DNA of 64,000 bases from Camelus dromedarius (lineage: Eukaryota): contig NC_087436.1 in NCBI RefSeq assembly GCF_036321535.1, positions 14,446,001 to 14,510,000 of the forward strand. The letters run 5' to 3'. Shown piece by piece: positions 24,356-38,300 of the stretch. A model generated the notes under the pieces. That model ran no database searches. It was not told the DNA's origin and worked only from the letters and a program-made list of their open reading frames with translations. Position 1 is the stretch's first letter. Every line of letters begins with the position of its first letter. Made by a program: the position numbers and the translations under genes.

Positions 24356-26419
24356 CTCAGTGATGTGACTCCTCTCTCTGGGAAGGTCAGTGTTTTCCAC
24401 ACACCGAGCACGCGACACGGATCAACCTTGATATCCACGGGGTGACTGCTGCTTTTGATCACCCTCGTGGCTCTAGCCATGTAAATGGGCGCTTTAAAAA
24501 TGCTTTTGTCCATTCTTTTATTTTGGTTATTTAAACTATCAGTTTTCACCGTCTCTGGGAGAAGGCCCTTATGTTGAGTAAACATAAAGTGTAGACATTA
24601 ATTTCAGCTTCTGTTAGAATTAGTACAAATTCTGAATATAGCGGAGTGATAAGACGTGGCTTCACACTGGGAAGACACGGCTGAAACTCTCATCGCGGGG
24701 AAAACATTGACATTTTCCTCCTGAATTAATTTTACACATGCTGCTTTTTCCCACTCAGGATGAATTCTGGGGTTTCCATTTAATATCTGCCATAAGCAGT
24801 CCAGAGTAGCTTATTCCTAGATTACATTTCATAAATCTTACAATAACCAGAAGATCACTGCATTTTAGTGTGAAGTGGACACAGTCAAATTGGTTATTAA
24901 TAATTGCATAACCCGAACAGCCAATTGCCTGAATTATTTTTTTTGAACAGCTCTTAGACGTTGGCCTTGATACTGTCTTGTCTGGCACCCCAATTTTATT
25001 TTCCTCTTAGTCCTTTTGGGGATGGTTATTTGTAGACATCTGGTGGGTTTTTTTTTTTATTTGTTTTGCTTTTTGCCCTGTTACCTTTACTAAATAATAT
25101 GTCATGTTCATGAGACAGCTAATCCGTACAATTACATAAAATAAAACTTTAAAAATCAACTCTAGAGATTCTCTGCACCCTTTTTGAAATAATATTTTAA
25201 GAAGTTAAATTCTTAACCCAACATGCTTACAATAACATGAAGACTCTAATTTCATTAAAAATTATTGAATTAGATTAATTCTAATTAGGATTAGAAATAC
25301 ATGTTGAACTACTTAAGGACAACCACAGGTGGAGGACATCCTTTTGCAGTTGGACTCCAGGCGTAGAGGGCTCCGTCAATCATCCTCCTTAGCTCCCATC
25401 ACAGGTCTTTGGTACGTTGTAAATAAATAATTGGGCTTTTTACAAAAAGCTTATTCTTTGCATTTTTCACTTCTTTGGTCTGCATGGAAAGGACCAAATT
25501 AATGATCTCTAGATACTATGAACAGTGAGCAATATCTTTTCCAGTATAAAGATCAGTTGAGAGCAATCACTGAATTACTACACTTTAGGGGAAACCCCTG
25601 AAATTATAAACAACATATGGAACATATGAAAACTGCATGTATAATAAATGTCATCTTTCAAAAGAGCAGGAATTGTAGTTATTTAACAAGTTAAAAATAA
25701 TCTGATAGGTCAGTAATAATTTAGTATGTGTGTATTTTGCTTTTAAAGTTGAAAGTGAGATTAATGTATAAAAAACACTGGGTTAGATGCTCTCATTTTA
25801 CAAGCAATGTCAAGTATTTCCTCAGGGTGTCGGTGAGATCATCAGATGTCATTTTTATCACTTGGCTTTTGTCCCAGCAACATAAGTAAGCCTCATAAAA
25901 AATGGTCTCATTGCTACTGATTAGAACTGATTTGCAAACTGTCGAAGTTTTAAGACTGATTTTAAGACTGATTTCAGATTTTTTCTCCTACCTTCTATGC
26001 TGAGAATAATATATATAATACTATTTTTTCTTTATGACTTTGGCTTTATAAATGTCAGGTATATATATATATAAAGCTATAGATTATTCTATTCTCTTCT
26101 GCAGAGTTTTTTTTTTTAATAAAAATAAATAAGTATATAAAAATTTGCATGCCAGCTTGCCCATTCAGCAGTGATAGATTGAAAAGCACCCTAAATTTAA
26201 TTGAAAAAGCACTACAAGATAGGAGGAAAGAATATCTTCCACATTAATTTCTGCATAATTAATGTCTGCCAATATTTAGAATAAACATTTATTTGAAAAT
26301 AAGAGACTTGTTTACTAAAATGTTGATGACTAACAGTAAAGAAGTGAATTATGCATTTTTATAAAGGAAAAATCCTTTTAACTTAACTTCCATGACTCTT
26401 TAAAAGAAGGATTATTGCA

Positions 26420-26551
26420 GGGGAAGGTGTAGCTCCGTGGCAGAGCATGTGCTTAGCATGCACGAGGTTGTGGGTTTAATTCCTAGTACCTCCTCTAAAA
26501 ATAAAAAGATAAACAAATAAGCCTAATTACTTCCCCCAAAAAAACAAATTT
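26420..26551 (+). mobile_element. Vic-1-like SINE
   Basis: Head ggggaaggtgtagctccgtggcagagc, then cctaattacttcccc; degenerate TSD aaaagaaggattatt/aaaggaaggattgtt. Confidence 0.88.
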
Positions 26552-27271
26552 AAAAGGAAGGATTGTTAACCTTCATAACTGCATTCTTGATCCATATACC
26601 TCTTTAAAATAAAACAATGTCAATTCAAAAAGTTCTTATAGAATTGAACCAGCTTTATACAAAATTGTCCAGACTAAAAGTTAAGTGGATTATCTGCCTA
26701 CCTAAAAGACACTATTACACACTCTTGTCTTTTTCCCTTCTGACAAAATATTTTTAAATTGAAGAATGAAATTTTAATTTTCTATGGGAATATAATTTTA
26801 AAAAATATTTTTAGTAAAAATGGAAAAATCTTAGAGATTAAGCCTTCTCTTTTTCTTGATTACTCGCTTTTCTTTATGCCTTTAATTCTAATCTCATTTT
26901 CCACACCTTGACATTATAGCAGTTAGAGCAAGGCTGACTGGCAGGTTCATAACATGTAGATAACATGAAGAATTCCTTGAACTAGGATGCATTCTTGCAG
27001 GTCACAAAAACTAATCACTACATTGACAAACGATGAGCAGAAGACTCCTCACGGCCCCAACTAAAGTAAAACCTGGTCGGTCGTGTCATCACTAAGCCTC
27101 TACGGTCTGTTACATTGGGTATTTCCTTTCTATTCTAACTGGGATGACTGAGCAATTAAAGTGGTGGGACAGCTCAGCCTGGAGCTGACTTGGCCCCAGA
27201 GCTCACACAATTTCCCAGAGGTAGGGAGACGATGCTAAGTGAGAATGATAATCCAACTAGCATTTATTATG

Positions 27272-27731
27272 TGTATCGGTTAAGAATTCAGTTCAGCCTC
27301 TAATGCTAGAGACAACATAAAATTGTTTTTTAACAAGATTGTTTTTTTCTCACATATGAAGGAGGACAGAGGTAAGCTGGTATGGTAACTCCGTGGTCAT
27401 GTGGGACCCCGGCTCCTGCTGACCCTCCCGCATGTCCAGTGGTGCAGAGCTTCCGTCCGCGGGGCTGCTTGATCCAAGGTGGTTGGTCCAGCTCCAGCAT
27501 GGTATTCACAAGAAGGGGAGTGTGGGAACCAGTGGAAAGGGGAGCCTCCAAACTAGGTCAGCCACTTCCCCACCAGCCCAGTGAAGCCCCTCATCTTGCT
27601 GGCCAATCTTTCTGGAAGGCAGCAGGGAACTGTAGTCTCTATGGTTGGTACCTGTCACACCCACCGGTGAGGGTTCTGTTTCTCCAAGCAACAGAATATT
27701 GGCTATTTGATGGAGTAGCAATCCTGGCCAT
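27272..27731 (-). mobile_element. MaLR (MLT1-type) LTR, old
   Basis: Begins tgtatcggtt; contains ttttctcacat...ggcagcagggaactgtagtct; MLT1-like layout. Confidence 0.5.
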
Positions 27732-28409
27732 AAGGTGCTACACTTAATACAGCATCTCATGTTAACGCTCCTGATATGCTTTTAAGTTAGGCTTAGAGAA
27801 CTTATAAACTCTTCCCATGTCTCCCCAACGGCAAAGCACATGCTTCAGACGCTATAGGACACTGCCTCCCATTAACAAGCAATAGGAAAACGGGTTAGAA
27901 GATGTCAGTCATTGTCAAGGAGGCCTGAAGGTGGACACCCCCTGAGATAAGAAGTAACAGAAGCTGCAGGATTGCAGTGAGGGCGGGACCCCAGAGCCAG
28001 TAGAAATGGTGTATCATGCTGAGAAAAAATGCCAGGGCTTAGAAGAGGGGTGAAAAAGAAAAAAAAAAAAACCTGGTTTCTGGACCTGAGTACTGGTAAA
28101 GGTTTGGTTACCCAGGGGGAAAAATTAAATTCCCACTTGCTGGAGCTGAAGTCAACAGGATGGCAGTGGTGTTCTTGAAGGGCTGCGATGGAGAGATGCC
28201 CAGATACCCTCAAGAACAGGCGCCAGTGCTAGAATCTGAAAGAATTTAAATATTTAAATTTAAATAGCCTGAAATATCACCTCTGTCCCAGGCACAGTCA
28301 TGCCAGCCTGTACAGAAGGCTTGTGTGGAACAGGAAGCAGAGCATTGTTGAGGGTTCAAGGGGCCCATCTGTGGATGCATTTTACTTTCCAAGAGAGAAA
28401 ACCTGGTTG

Positions 28410-28945
28410 AATCGGTGCTTTGGCCATCTATTGTACCTAGCAAACCACCTCAAAACGTAGTAGCTTAAAACAGCAGCATTCATTAATTTTGTTCCTAAGT
28501 TTTCAATTTGGGTAATATTTAGTGAGAATGGCTTATCTCTGTTCCATGTGGCATCAGCTGAGGCTGAGGCTCCACTGTCAGGTGGTTGCTCACACGGCTG
28601 GCAAGTTGACCGGCTGTTGTATTGGAGCCCAGACAGGTCCAAGGGCCAGGGGCCTTGGTTCCCAATGTGGGGCTCTCCATAGACTTCTTAGGCTCCCACA
28701 CAGCCTGGAAGCTGGGTTCCAAGAGCAAGTGTCCCAAGAGAACAAAGGGGAAGTACATGGTATTTTTGTAAGCTGGATGCAGACACTATATCCCATCACT
28801 TCTGCCTTACTCTGTTTTTTGAGACAGTCACAGAGTTCAAGGTGGAGAAGCTGTACAATGGGAGCAGTGTCAAGGTCACATTGTGAGAAGACAAGTGAGA
28901 TAAGAGATGTGTTGCAGGCATCTCTGGAAAATATGATCTGCTGAA
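28410..28945 (-). mobile_element. MaLR (MLT1-type) LTR
   Basis: caaaccacctcaaaacgtagtagcttaaaaca, ctcacacggctggcaagttg, gctgggttccaagag and catcacttctgcc are MLT1 motifs. Confidence 0.75.
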
Positions 28946-31539
28946 ATTGATGTAGCCCTAAGCAACACAGAGAAAATATGTTAGGGAAACTCACATCAAG
29001 TGTCCTAAGGAACATATGACATCCCTGGGTCCAGTGCTTCTATGATTGTCTTTGGCTTAGACGTACATCCCTGGTCTGGTCATTTTGGGCAGGTAGTAGA
29101 ACTGGTTTCACCCACTTCATGAAGCATGAGGCATGAGCCACAGCCCAGAAGAGGCTGTGGGTGGGTCAGACACAGACATTTATGAATACTCTCAGTACAT
29201 AAGATTGGTTGTGAGCACCTTGAGGATAGGGATGAAAAAGTCTTAGGCATCTCTGTATCCCAAATAGTAGATAATCAGTCATCTGTAACCGATTATGAAC
29301 TCGTGGACCCAAATTGGGAATGGCAGGAAGACAGCCAGTACTGGATGTAGCTGGAGCCACAGGGACTCAGACACAAGGCTTCTTCCGTTTTCTGTCTTTC
29401 CTTCATTCTGGGACCACCTTTCTCCATGGGGCTGTAACAATGGCAGCTGGTAGCTCCAGGGAGCTCATCTTTCTATCTTAACCATCAGAGCAGAAGGGAA
29501 TCTCTTCCCTTGCCTCAAATTTACAAAAATCCCCCAGAACAAATCCGACTCCCCGGGTTTTATGTCTAACCTTGTGACAAATGGGGATTGGGACTGACTG
29601 GGATGGACATCTCTTTCTACGGCCGCAGGTGAAAGTGCGCATGTGTGCACACACGTGCTATAGGTACTGGTTGATTGGTTGGGTTGATGGGTAATTGATT
29701 AGTTGGTTGGTTGGTTGTGGAGAAGAGGATGCAGTGGGAAGCAGTTTCCAAGGGGAATCAGAGTGCTATGACCGGAAGCAGGGCATTTGGGACCAGCCAA
29801 GGACACAGTTACTCTCCATTAGATGTGTTTCTCATTCCTCTTCCACTCACTTACCCGCATTCAAGGAGTCAGAGCTCCAGAACTGGCCTGGTCCTCTGGA
29901 TGGTGGATTTACGGATGGTTTGCCAGCCTTCTGTGCATTTTAAATATTTCCCAAATATTCTGCCGTAAATATCCATAACTTTTGTAATAGAAGTTTAAAA
30001 AAATAATAGAATGGGTAAGCTTTCCAAAGCAGAAATATTAAGACCCCAAACCTAGAAGAGTCTGAATTTTAGGTCTAATATTCTTACAGCATATATATCT
30101 TTTGAATCTTAGTTGCAAAACTGACTGAATATATTTAGGTGTTTGTGACCAGGACCATTTTTGTGGGTAGGAGAAAGGATACTGAAAAAAAAGGTAAGAG
30201 GCCCTCAAAGACTTGCTGTATAGTGTGGAGTACCTAGATTTTTCTACACGCACTCCTGTAACCCAGACAGTTTGCCCCTGTCTCTTCAGAGACTATGGGA
30301 GAAGCAGGGTAGTTTTTGGAACTCTGCGTATAGCTTGTGGAGGAAGCCACCGTTCAGGACAGGAGCGGAGGGGTTATTAAGGTGGTTGTCAAGTCTCTGA
30401 GATGCTAAACAAGAATAAGGCAGAATGGGCAAGATCTTCTTGCCCCGTGATGCATCGTATCTAATCACTTGGGTTCTTTTCATTTTCTTGCTCGAGGGAT
30501 CATTTAACATTAAAGAAGATTTTGAATAAAGAGCAAAAATATTCTCCATTTAAAATTCTCTTTGTTGTGTGCTTTGGTAGCTGCCTAAGTTTCTACAATG
30601 AATACACACAACTTTGATAAGAGTAAAAAGTTATTGAAAATACAGTCTGGTTGAAATCCTCCTCCCTGCCCACCCCCCTACCCCACCCCGCCCAAATCAT
30701 TCTTAATTTCACGAGCCTAGTAAAGCAATTCATATTCTTAGGAGTCTCCTCTTATCTCTTTCTAAGAAAGAGGAAGTGAGAAGAGGGCTGGGGGTGGACC
30801 TTGGATCAGGGCTTTTACCAGGTGACTTCCTAAAGCAGCGCCGCCCACCCGGGGAGAGGCGGGGAGACAAGTATTTCCTGAACAGAGCAGGGGCCCTTAG
30901 CAGTGGCTACTGGAGAGCTTAGAAAGGTCAGTGGGAGAGGAAGCCAGTCAGAAATCCTGGATAGAGAAAGTACTAGAAGGCTCCCCCGAAGATGCCACTG
31001 AGATCCATCCATTCAGCAAACATGTACTGAGTGCCTATTATGTGTCAGGCATTAGAGATGCGGAGGGGAGATGAGGGAGCGTGGTGAAGCCCGGAGCCCC
31101 GGGCACTGGACTGCCTGGGTTGAAATGCTGGCTGTGTGCCTCTGGGCAGGTCACTTAACCTCTCTGTGCTTCCTGAGATTTGGGGGAAAACCACACGAGT
31201 TGATCCACATGAATGCTCCCAACCGTAAGAGCCTGGAGTGTGTTAAGGATTGTACAGTGCTGGCTGAAGCTAGTGTGGTCTCTGCCCTTAAGGTGCTCAC
31301 AGTCCAGAGGCTGAAACAGCACAAACTGGAAGTCTATGGAACAAGCTGAAAGACCTGCCAGGTTCACTTTGTTAAGCTGCAGAGCTGCTGAGAGGCTCCC
31401 TGGATGAACAGCTTTGGAGGCAATCGTGCTGCCCAGGGCCCTGGCCCCAGGCGCCGTTTTGTAGTTCACTGGGTCACAGAAGGCATGCTCACATGTTGAG
31501 AGTCATTCTAAGTCAGAGTGACAGGGCGATGACGAAGAC

Positions 31540-31730
31540 TTTTATTGAGTACTTCCTCTGTAATAGGCACTTTCCTAAGTGTCCCTATGAGTTAACTCAC
31601 TTAACTCCCCAAGTAGGTATGTTATCACCCCCATTTTACAGATGAGGAAACTGAGGCACACAGAGATGAGGTCACACAGGTAGCATGTGGTGGAGCTGGG
31701 ACCTGAATCTAGGTTTCCAAAATCAGCTTG
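31540..31730 (-). mobile_element. MIR SINE
   Basis: ccccattttacagatgaggaaactgaggcacacagag...ggtcacacag. Confidence 0.85.
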
Positions 31731-31829
31731 CATCCACCAGGGACACTGTGTAGACTTGCCATTTTTATGACTACGGAGAAATTTTGCAAAAGGTGACCCT
31801 TGATGCTGTTTGCCCACTTATTTGACTTC

Positions 31830-33130
31830 CATTCATCTGTTCCTTCTGTTGACATTTACTGAGCCTCTTGCTCTAAGTGGGGCACCATGGGGCCTGTCGG
31901 GGGCAGCGAGCAAGCCAGTATCCTCCCATCAAGCTGTTTTGGCAGAAAAGTCTCGTGCCCAAATGCAGAGAGGGACAAGTGACTGGCAGGGAACAGATAC
32001 AGGGCTCAGAGACACAAGAGCAAGGATGGCTTGGCGTTGAGGAGAGCAGGCAGCACCTCAGGGAGAGAATCGACTTGGAGCAGAGTCTTGAAGGACGAAA
32101 GGTTTTGACAGATGGTCATTCAAGAAAATGACCTTGAACTCTGGCCTGGGAAGTTAGATTTCATTTAGCAGGAAAACGAGGAGCTCATGCAGAGACTTGG
32201 GAGAACAGGGGCAAAAGGATCAGCCCTGGGACTTGGACAAATGATGCTCAGTTCGTGGAGAGTGAGTTTCAGGAAATGGGAACGAATGTAGGAGCAGAAG
32301 GGATTAAGAAAAGAGAAGAGAATGAGGAAGGACACCACAAATAGGCTCAGGTCACTGCCCACCTTCTCTTGGCTGCTTAAAACCCTTCAGACGTCTTCCC
32401 GTTGATCTTGGAACGAAGCTCAAAGTCCTCCGCACACCTGCAGCCTGCCTTTGCCTCTTGGATCCCTCCAGGCTCAGTGCTTCCGTCAACAGCCTTCCTT
32501 CAACTCAGGGACTCTCCTTTGCCCTTCCTTCCCCCGGCTTTCTCATCTGCTGTTTCCTCTGCCTGAACTCTGCCCTGGCCACCCGACACCTGCTCTTTGC
32601 CCCATCAGGTCCCATTCATCCTCCAAATTTCAGCTCCATCCAAGCCTACCCAGGCCCCCACTGTGTGTTCTCAGTATCTTTTTTTTTTTTTGGCAGCACT
32701 TGCTTGTTCATGTGATTATTCAACTAATGCCTGTCTTGATTATAAGCTTCGTGAGAAAAGATAAATGCCTGCCCTTGATTGTAAGCATCACGAGAACAGA
32801 TAAACATCTGTTTGGCTTACCTTCATACCCCAACACCAATCATCTCTTGAGATAATACACCCTTCAAACATTAGCTCAACACATGGAAAAACTATAGGAT
32901 TTGATAACTGATTAAGAGGAATGAAGGATAATGCCAGGCTTTTGACACTGGTGATAGAAATACTGGCACTGCTGTTTATCACAAAGGGGAACACAGGAGA
33001 AATGGTTTTTCAGAGATGATGAGGAATCCAGCGTTGTGCATATTGATTCACAGGTACCAGCAGGTCATCAGTTTGTCCAGCAGGACATAGCAAACTTAAC
33101 ACTACAACTTAAGGGAAATATAACTGGAGA
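31830..33130. mobile_element. Patchwork of L2 fragments
   Basis: catttactgagcct, ttggagcagagtcttgaaggacg, ctgcttaaaacccttca, gataatgccaggcttttgac. Orientation appears mixed and boundaries are uncertain. Confidence 0.45.
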
Positions 33131-33158
33131 AAGAAAGAAGGAATGAAGAGTTTGTAGG

Positions 33159-33637
33159 TGTATCAATGAAAATTAGTTTGCCTGCATATAGTAAAAAAGC
33201 CAAAAGAACAGAGACTTAAATTTGTAAGGGTTTATTTTTCTCTCACCTACAAGAAATCTGGGGGGAGGAAGTTTGGGGCTGGTATCATGAGTCCATGGTC
33301 ACCTGAGCCCATGCTCTCTCCATCTTTCGGAGCCTCCATCCTTGGGGCGTGGATTCTATCCTCAAAGTCGCCTCTGGCCCCAGATGGCTGCTGGAGCGCC
33401 AGTCATCAAAGCTGTCTTTCTGGCAGCAGGAAGGAAGAAGGGGAAAGGCGAAATGGACTCCCCTGAAAGCCTGATCCACTTCCATCACACTGGCCAAAAC
33501 TTAGACAAGAGGTTCATCTTGCCTTAAGTAAAGCCAGAAACGTAGCCTTGTAGACGGGTGCATTGCTACCTTGAAGAAAGTCAAGGATTCTTCTACTAAG
33601 AATATGTATCAGGTGGGCAATGGCTGATTCTGTCACA
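33159..33637 (-). mobile_element. MaLR (MLT1-type) LTR, old
   Basis: tgtatc...gggtttatttttctctcac...agatggctgctggagcgccagtcatca...cactggccaaaact...ctgtcaca. Confidence 0.6.
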
Positions 33638-35149
33638 GGAAGCAACAGCCTCAATGAGCCAGTCGAGGTCATGAGAGATCTGTGAAGTTTCATCAATGAT
33701 CCCCCAGCTGAGAGGAGTGAGTATCCAGTAACAGATGTGTAGAATTTCAGGGCAACAAGGAAGTTCAATCATCACCTGGTCAGTGCCCATGTTTGTCTTA
33801 TGAAGATATTTGACTCCTGGAAATGAAGAGATGTGGCCAACATCACACAGCGAGTGGGTGGCAGAGATGGGACAGAACCACATTCCGGGGAGGAAGTGAT
33901 GGAACAGGCTAGGGGGCACCTGCCTGAATAAGGGCTCACTTTCACGCAGCATTCTGGTGACTCAAAGGACAGCTGGCACGGAGCAGGCTTGGATTCCAAT
34001 CCCAGCTGTGTGACCTCGGGCTAATCACCCAGCTTCTCTGGGCTCCAGCTCCTGGGCTGTGTCGGCGGGAATGGCACACTGTAGGCACTCCATAATTGGC
34101 AGTCATTATTCCCATTACCATTAGAAAGCAACAAATCTTTTTGGAATCACGGAATGAATCAGTGAACAGATAAACATGAATGAATGAAATGAGAACAGAG
34201 AGCCATCGGTCCATCTGAGATGGTTTCAATGTAGAGCTGGATGGGTAGCCTCTCACATGCCCCAGATTTAAATTCTATCACCCACACTTTCTGCATTTGT
34301 CCTACTACATCCGTGCTTCCTTGGACTCACTGCAGCCATCTGCCAAACCATGTCTCTCTTCTCTGTGACACTGATCCCCTCCGAAACACGTGTTTTGAGG
34401 GTTTACCTGAGGCTGAGCTTAGTATTGTGGGACAGTATAAAGAAGACAAGAGTCCCAGCCTCTGGCCTTGAATTACTTGCAGTTTGGTGACAGACTCTGT
34501 AACAGCAGTCTCTGAGACATCACGACTTCGAGGTAAGATACAATATCTGGGTTGCAGCTAAGTTCTCCACACCTTCTCTCTTGACCACTGGCTTTTCCCA
34601 ACTCTGTCATTATCTACGCTTTGCCACTTTACCTAGTTTCGTGTTATTGTTAGTAATTCTTGCCGAATTTAAAAGGCTTGAAAGTTGTTCTATGTATGGT
34701 CTTTTTTTTTTCCTATCTTTAAAAAAACCACTTCATCAATTCACTATCAACACTCAAGGTAAAATAGCATTAAATTACTGAATGAAACATGCAGAATCCA
34801 TAAACACTCTAAGTGAGATCGTCATTAAAATGAATTTCCTTTCATTGAGCATATACTGGGTTCGAGTTTTCTTTGGGAACACAGAATTTGTGCCTGTTGT
34901 CAAATAAGGCGATAAGTCCCACACCACTGTGCCCAGGACTATATGCCATTTGAAGAGGAAATGGAAGTCAGTATTTGCTTGTCTGGGAAGGTTTCAGATC
35001 CAGAGAGCCCAGAGCCCTCTCTGCAGTGAGGACACTCCTGCATTTCCTCTGCATCTACCACTAACTAGCGGGGTGACTTTGGGAAAGTCACTTCCCTGGA
35101 CCTCAGTTTCCCCATCTGCAAAATAAAGATGCTGGGTTAAAACCCCAAG

Positions 35150-35310
35150 TCAATAGTTCTCACCCTAAACTGTGCACCCTAAACAGTTCTCACCCTAAAT
35201 GTGCTCATAGTATCTGAGCAGCTTCATAAAAATTCAAAATTCTGGGTCATCACCCCAGAGAGGGTTTGGCCCAGGAATCAGCAGTTTGAATGATCACGCC
35301 TGCTCTTTTT
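35150..35310. mobile_element. MER5-like hAT remnant with a local tandem duplication
   Basis: agttctcaccctaaa occurs twice; also attctgggtcatcaccccagaga and ggcccaggaatc. Confidence 0.5.
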
Positions 35311-38300
35311 CAAGCAGGGAATATCAGGACTGCACTGCGAAATCCACTGTAAGCTCTTACCCACCTCACTATGCTGAGTCTTCCTCTGAAACAGATTGCA
35401 AATCAATTCTAAATAAGAAGGAGGAGGAGGAAGAGGAAGGAATAGAAAAGGAATAAGAGAGAACCCTGTTACCCTGAGCAAAGAGGTCTGAAAACAGACA
35501 ACAGGGTTCCAGGGCTGAGCCGTTTGCACTGACCCTCCTCTGCTCTGAATACCCGCGCTCCATCTCCGCTTAGCCCTGAGGAGGCCAGGGCAGAGGCTGC
35601 CTGTCCCATCATCCAGTTCTTCCCACTCTGCTTCAGAGTGTGAGTGCTCCGACCAAAGGGTCTGCTTTGACATACCGGGCATTTTTAGCAGCCACCCCTG
35701 CAGTGCCAAGTGAGCCCCCAAGCTGCGATGAGAGAGGGACACAAGAGAGGCATGACCAGTTTTGAGTCTTGGAGGAGGAGGTCTTTTCAGTTTTCCACCT
35801 GGAGGAAAACTCAAGCATGTCTCCCTCAGCGCCCAGGAGCAAATACCTTCAGGACCAGCTCCCTTCATTAAGAATCTGAAAGGCAGAGGGGGATAGGTTT
35901 AATTTCCCCTGATGAGGTCTTCTTATTGCTGACCCAGGGTGATGGGTACCATCGGGCATTTGAGGGCATTTGAATCAGGGACTACTTCATCCAGGAGCTG
36001 AAATACCAACAGTGGCTGGAACTCACTTTATGCCAGGTAACATACATTCTAAGTAATGTACCTGCACGGACTCATTTAGGCCTTTCTGCAACCTCCTGAA
36101 AGAGGTACTAGAATCGTGTTCATTTCCCGGAGACTGAGGGTCACATGGCTGCTAAGCAGGAGACCCCGGATCCCAGGCAGGGCAGTCTGACTCTGCAGTG
36201 AAGTTCTACACTGGGCTCTACCGCCTCTTGTATGTTTTGAGGAGTCTTGGCTCTCTCCTGGCTGTGGCTTGTGACCCCAAAGATCTCCTTAGTGATCCCT
36301 TTCTCTGTTTTCCCATCTGCATCTTTGTTCTGCAGGGGGGCTGTGCGGAGGGAGGACCAAAGAAGAATCCATGCTCCAGAGGGTAACGGAGGGCAGCCTC
36401 GTCTCCTCCTTCCCAGTAAACATTCAGAAATTGGGGGAAAGCAGATAGTCTGGTGGGCGGAGAACATACCAGTACAGCTCCACAGAAATGATCAGATCCT
36501 TGGGGGCCCTGCTGTAAACACACATGCAATTGCAAGAAAAGCTGGAGCCACTGCAAGCCCCTCCCAACCAGGCTCCAATCACCTTCAGGATGAAAGTAAA
36601 GTGCATTTTCCTTTGAGGGTTGTACTTTTTTTTTTTTTTTTTTTTTTTGCCCAAGTAAGGGTGCTCCTCTTAGTCTTCAGGTGACTAGATGAAAAAGAGA
36701 AAACGTCTTGTGCGTATAAAGTTTCCTCCTGCAGGAGGTGAGTGGCTGGGAGAGGTTCTCTGTAATGATGAGTCACTGCCTGGATTTGAAACAAACACAC
36801 CTACAAAGATACACAGGGTGTAGACTCAGGAAATAACCAGCTGACTAGCACTTCTGAAAGCAATTTCTACCACTGATTCGTTTTCGTAATTTTTTTTTTC
36901 CTCGCAGTCATTTTTCACTGCTGCGGGGAGCTGTCGTCAGCAGCTGCCTGCTCACTGTCTCCATTAAAATGCAGATCTAGCCTTCCTCAGTTACCTTTGC
37001 ATCCTGGGAGCCAGACTCCGTACCAAGGGGAAAAACGAGGGCAGGGCTAAAGAGGAACATATAGCAAATAAACGAGCCATTCATAAAAATGAATATTATT
37101 ATCAAAAGGAGCCGTCTGCCAACATCTCCGTGTGCATATTAACTCAGATGCTGAGCTCGGGAACATGGAATTAAGCCAATGCATCATCTTTTTAGCAGTT
37201 GCTCAGTTGCTCTGCTATTAACTTAAAACAACCAGTTGTGAAAGGAGCGCTTCACTCAGCCATCATGATGATGCGGCTTCACCCGGTATTATGTTGTACA
37301 ATGTAAGCCGGAAAAATTGTTAAAATAAATTCAGCTGTGCTTAGGCCGGCCTGATGGCTCTCCAAAGAAACCAGATATTCAGGTAGGGGGTGGGGTGACC
37401 TGCTTAACTCAAACAGCTTCTTGAAGTCATTTGCACAAACTCTAAAAATGGACTTTATTTTTTCTTTAACTTAGCCTGTCTTTCCCTGAAAATTCAAACT
37501 GCCAAGATGTTGGGCTTTTTGCTGTCTCCATGAGCAACTGCAGATGGCTTTTTTTTTTTTTTTTTTTTTTTGTCGGCACATGGAAATATGCATGGATTGG
37601 ATGCCTTTCTTTTCCTCTGAGGCCTGCAAGTCTACGGAGGTGACAGTAGGAAGAAGTCCACACAGAGCCTTCCTGTCGGCTGCACATCCCTGAGACCATC
37701 TGAGCACCTGTTTCTTATTTCTTGCATTTTGCAGGGTCGCATGAGCCTTTTTTTTTTTGTTCTTCCGCTTCTCGCAGTCAGTGGTGCGCTCTGGCCTCTG
37801 TGGTCTGTTGTGAATCTGAAGGAAAGCAAACGACCGACTTCCACACGTGGCTGGTGCAATCAGGGTCGTTCCCTCGCAGCTCCACCTTGTACATCTCTCC
37901 AGGCTACAAGCTGGTGTCTGTCCCCTGTGGTTCCGAGAACAAACACTGACAGGGAGGGCCATTTCGGTCGCTGATGTTCTCACCATCTGGAATGGTGACA
38001 GTCGTGGGGCTCCGCGGTGACTCACGGTGCGGAGGAATCATTTCGCTAATGGCAGCGCTAATCAGGAGGGACGAGGCCGTTGCTAAGAGCCACCGCATGA
38101 AGCAAACACCCCGCCAGATGAAAAGCAAGGGCTGTTGGTTTGCTTTGGCCCCTTTGAAAATAAAGTGGCTTGGAGTGTCCTTCTCGGTGCATCTAGTAAT
38201 GGGCCATCATCCTTCATGGTCGGAGCCGGGGCCAGCCTTCCAGGAGCACCGGCTGTGATTACGCACAGGAGACCTATTCTCTCTCTCTGTCCTTCCTCTC

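Noticed and set aside
25948..25980. ttttaagactga tandem duplication
   Set aside because: Simple slippage duplication with no further structure.
28522..29015. Overlapping ~140-aa ORFs on both strands
   Set aside because: They lie mostly within an MLT1-type LTR.
29665..29720. (TTGG)n-like tract
   Set aside because: Ordinary degenerate microsatellite.
35278..35868. Longest ORF in the track (196 aa, - strand)
   Set aside because: No recognisable family; it crosses low-complexity purine tracts and a MER5-like remnant; consistent with chance.
37471..38025. 184-aa ORF with poly-Lys
   Set aside because: The poly-K comes from genomic poly-T tracts; no domain recognised.
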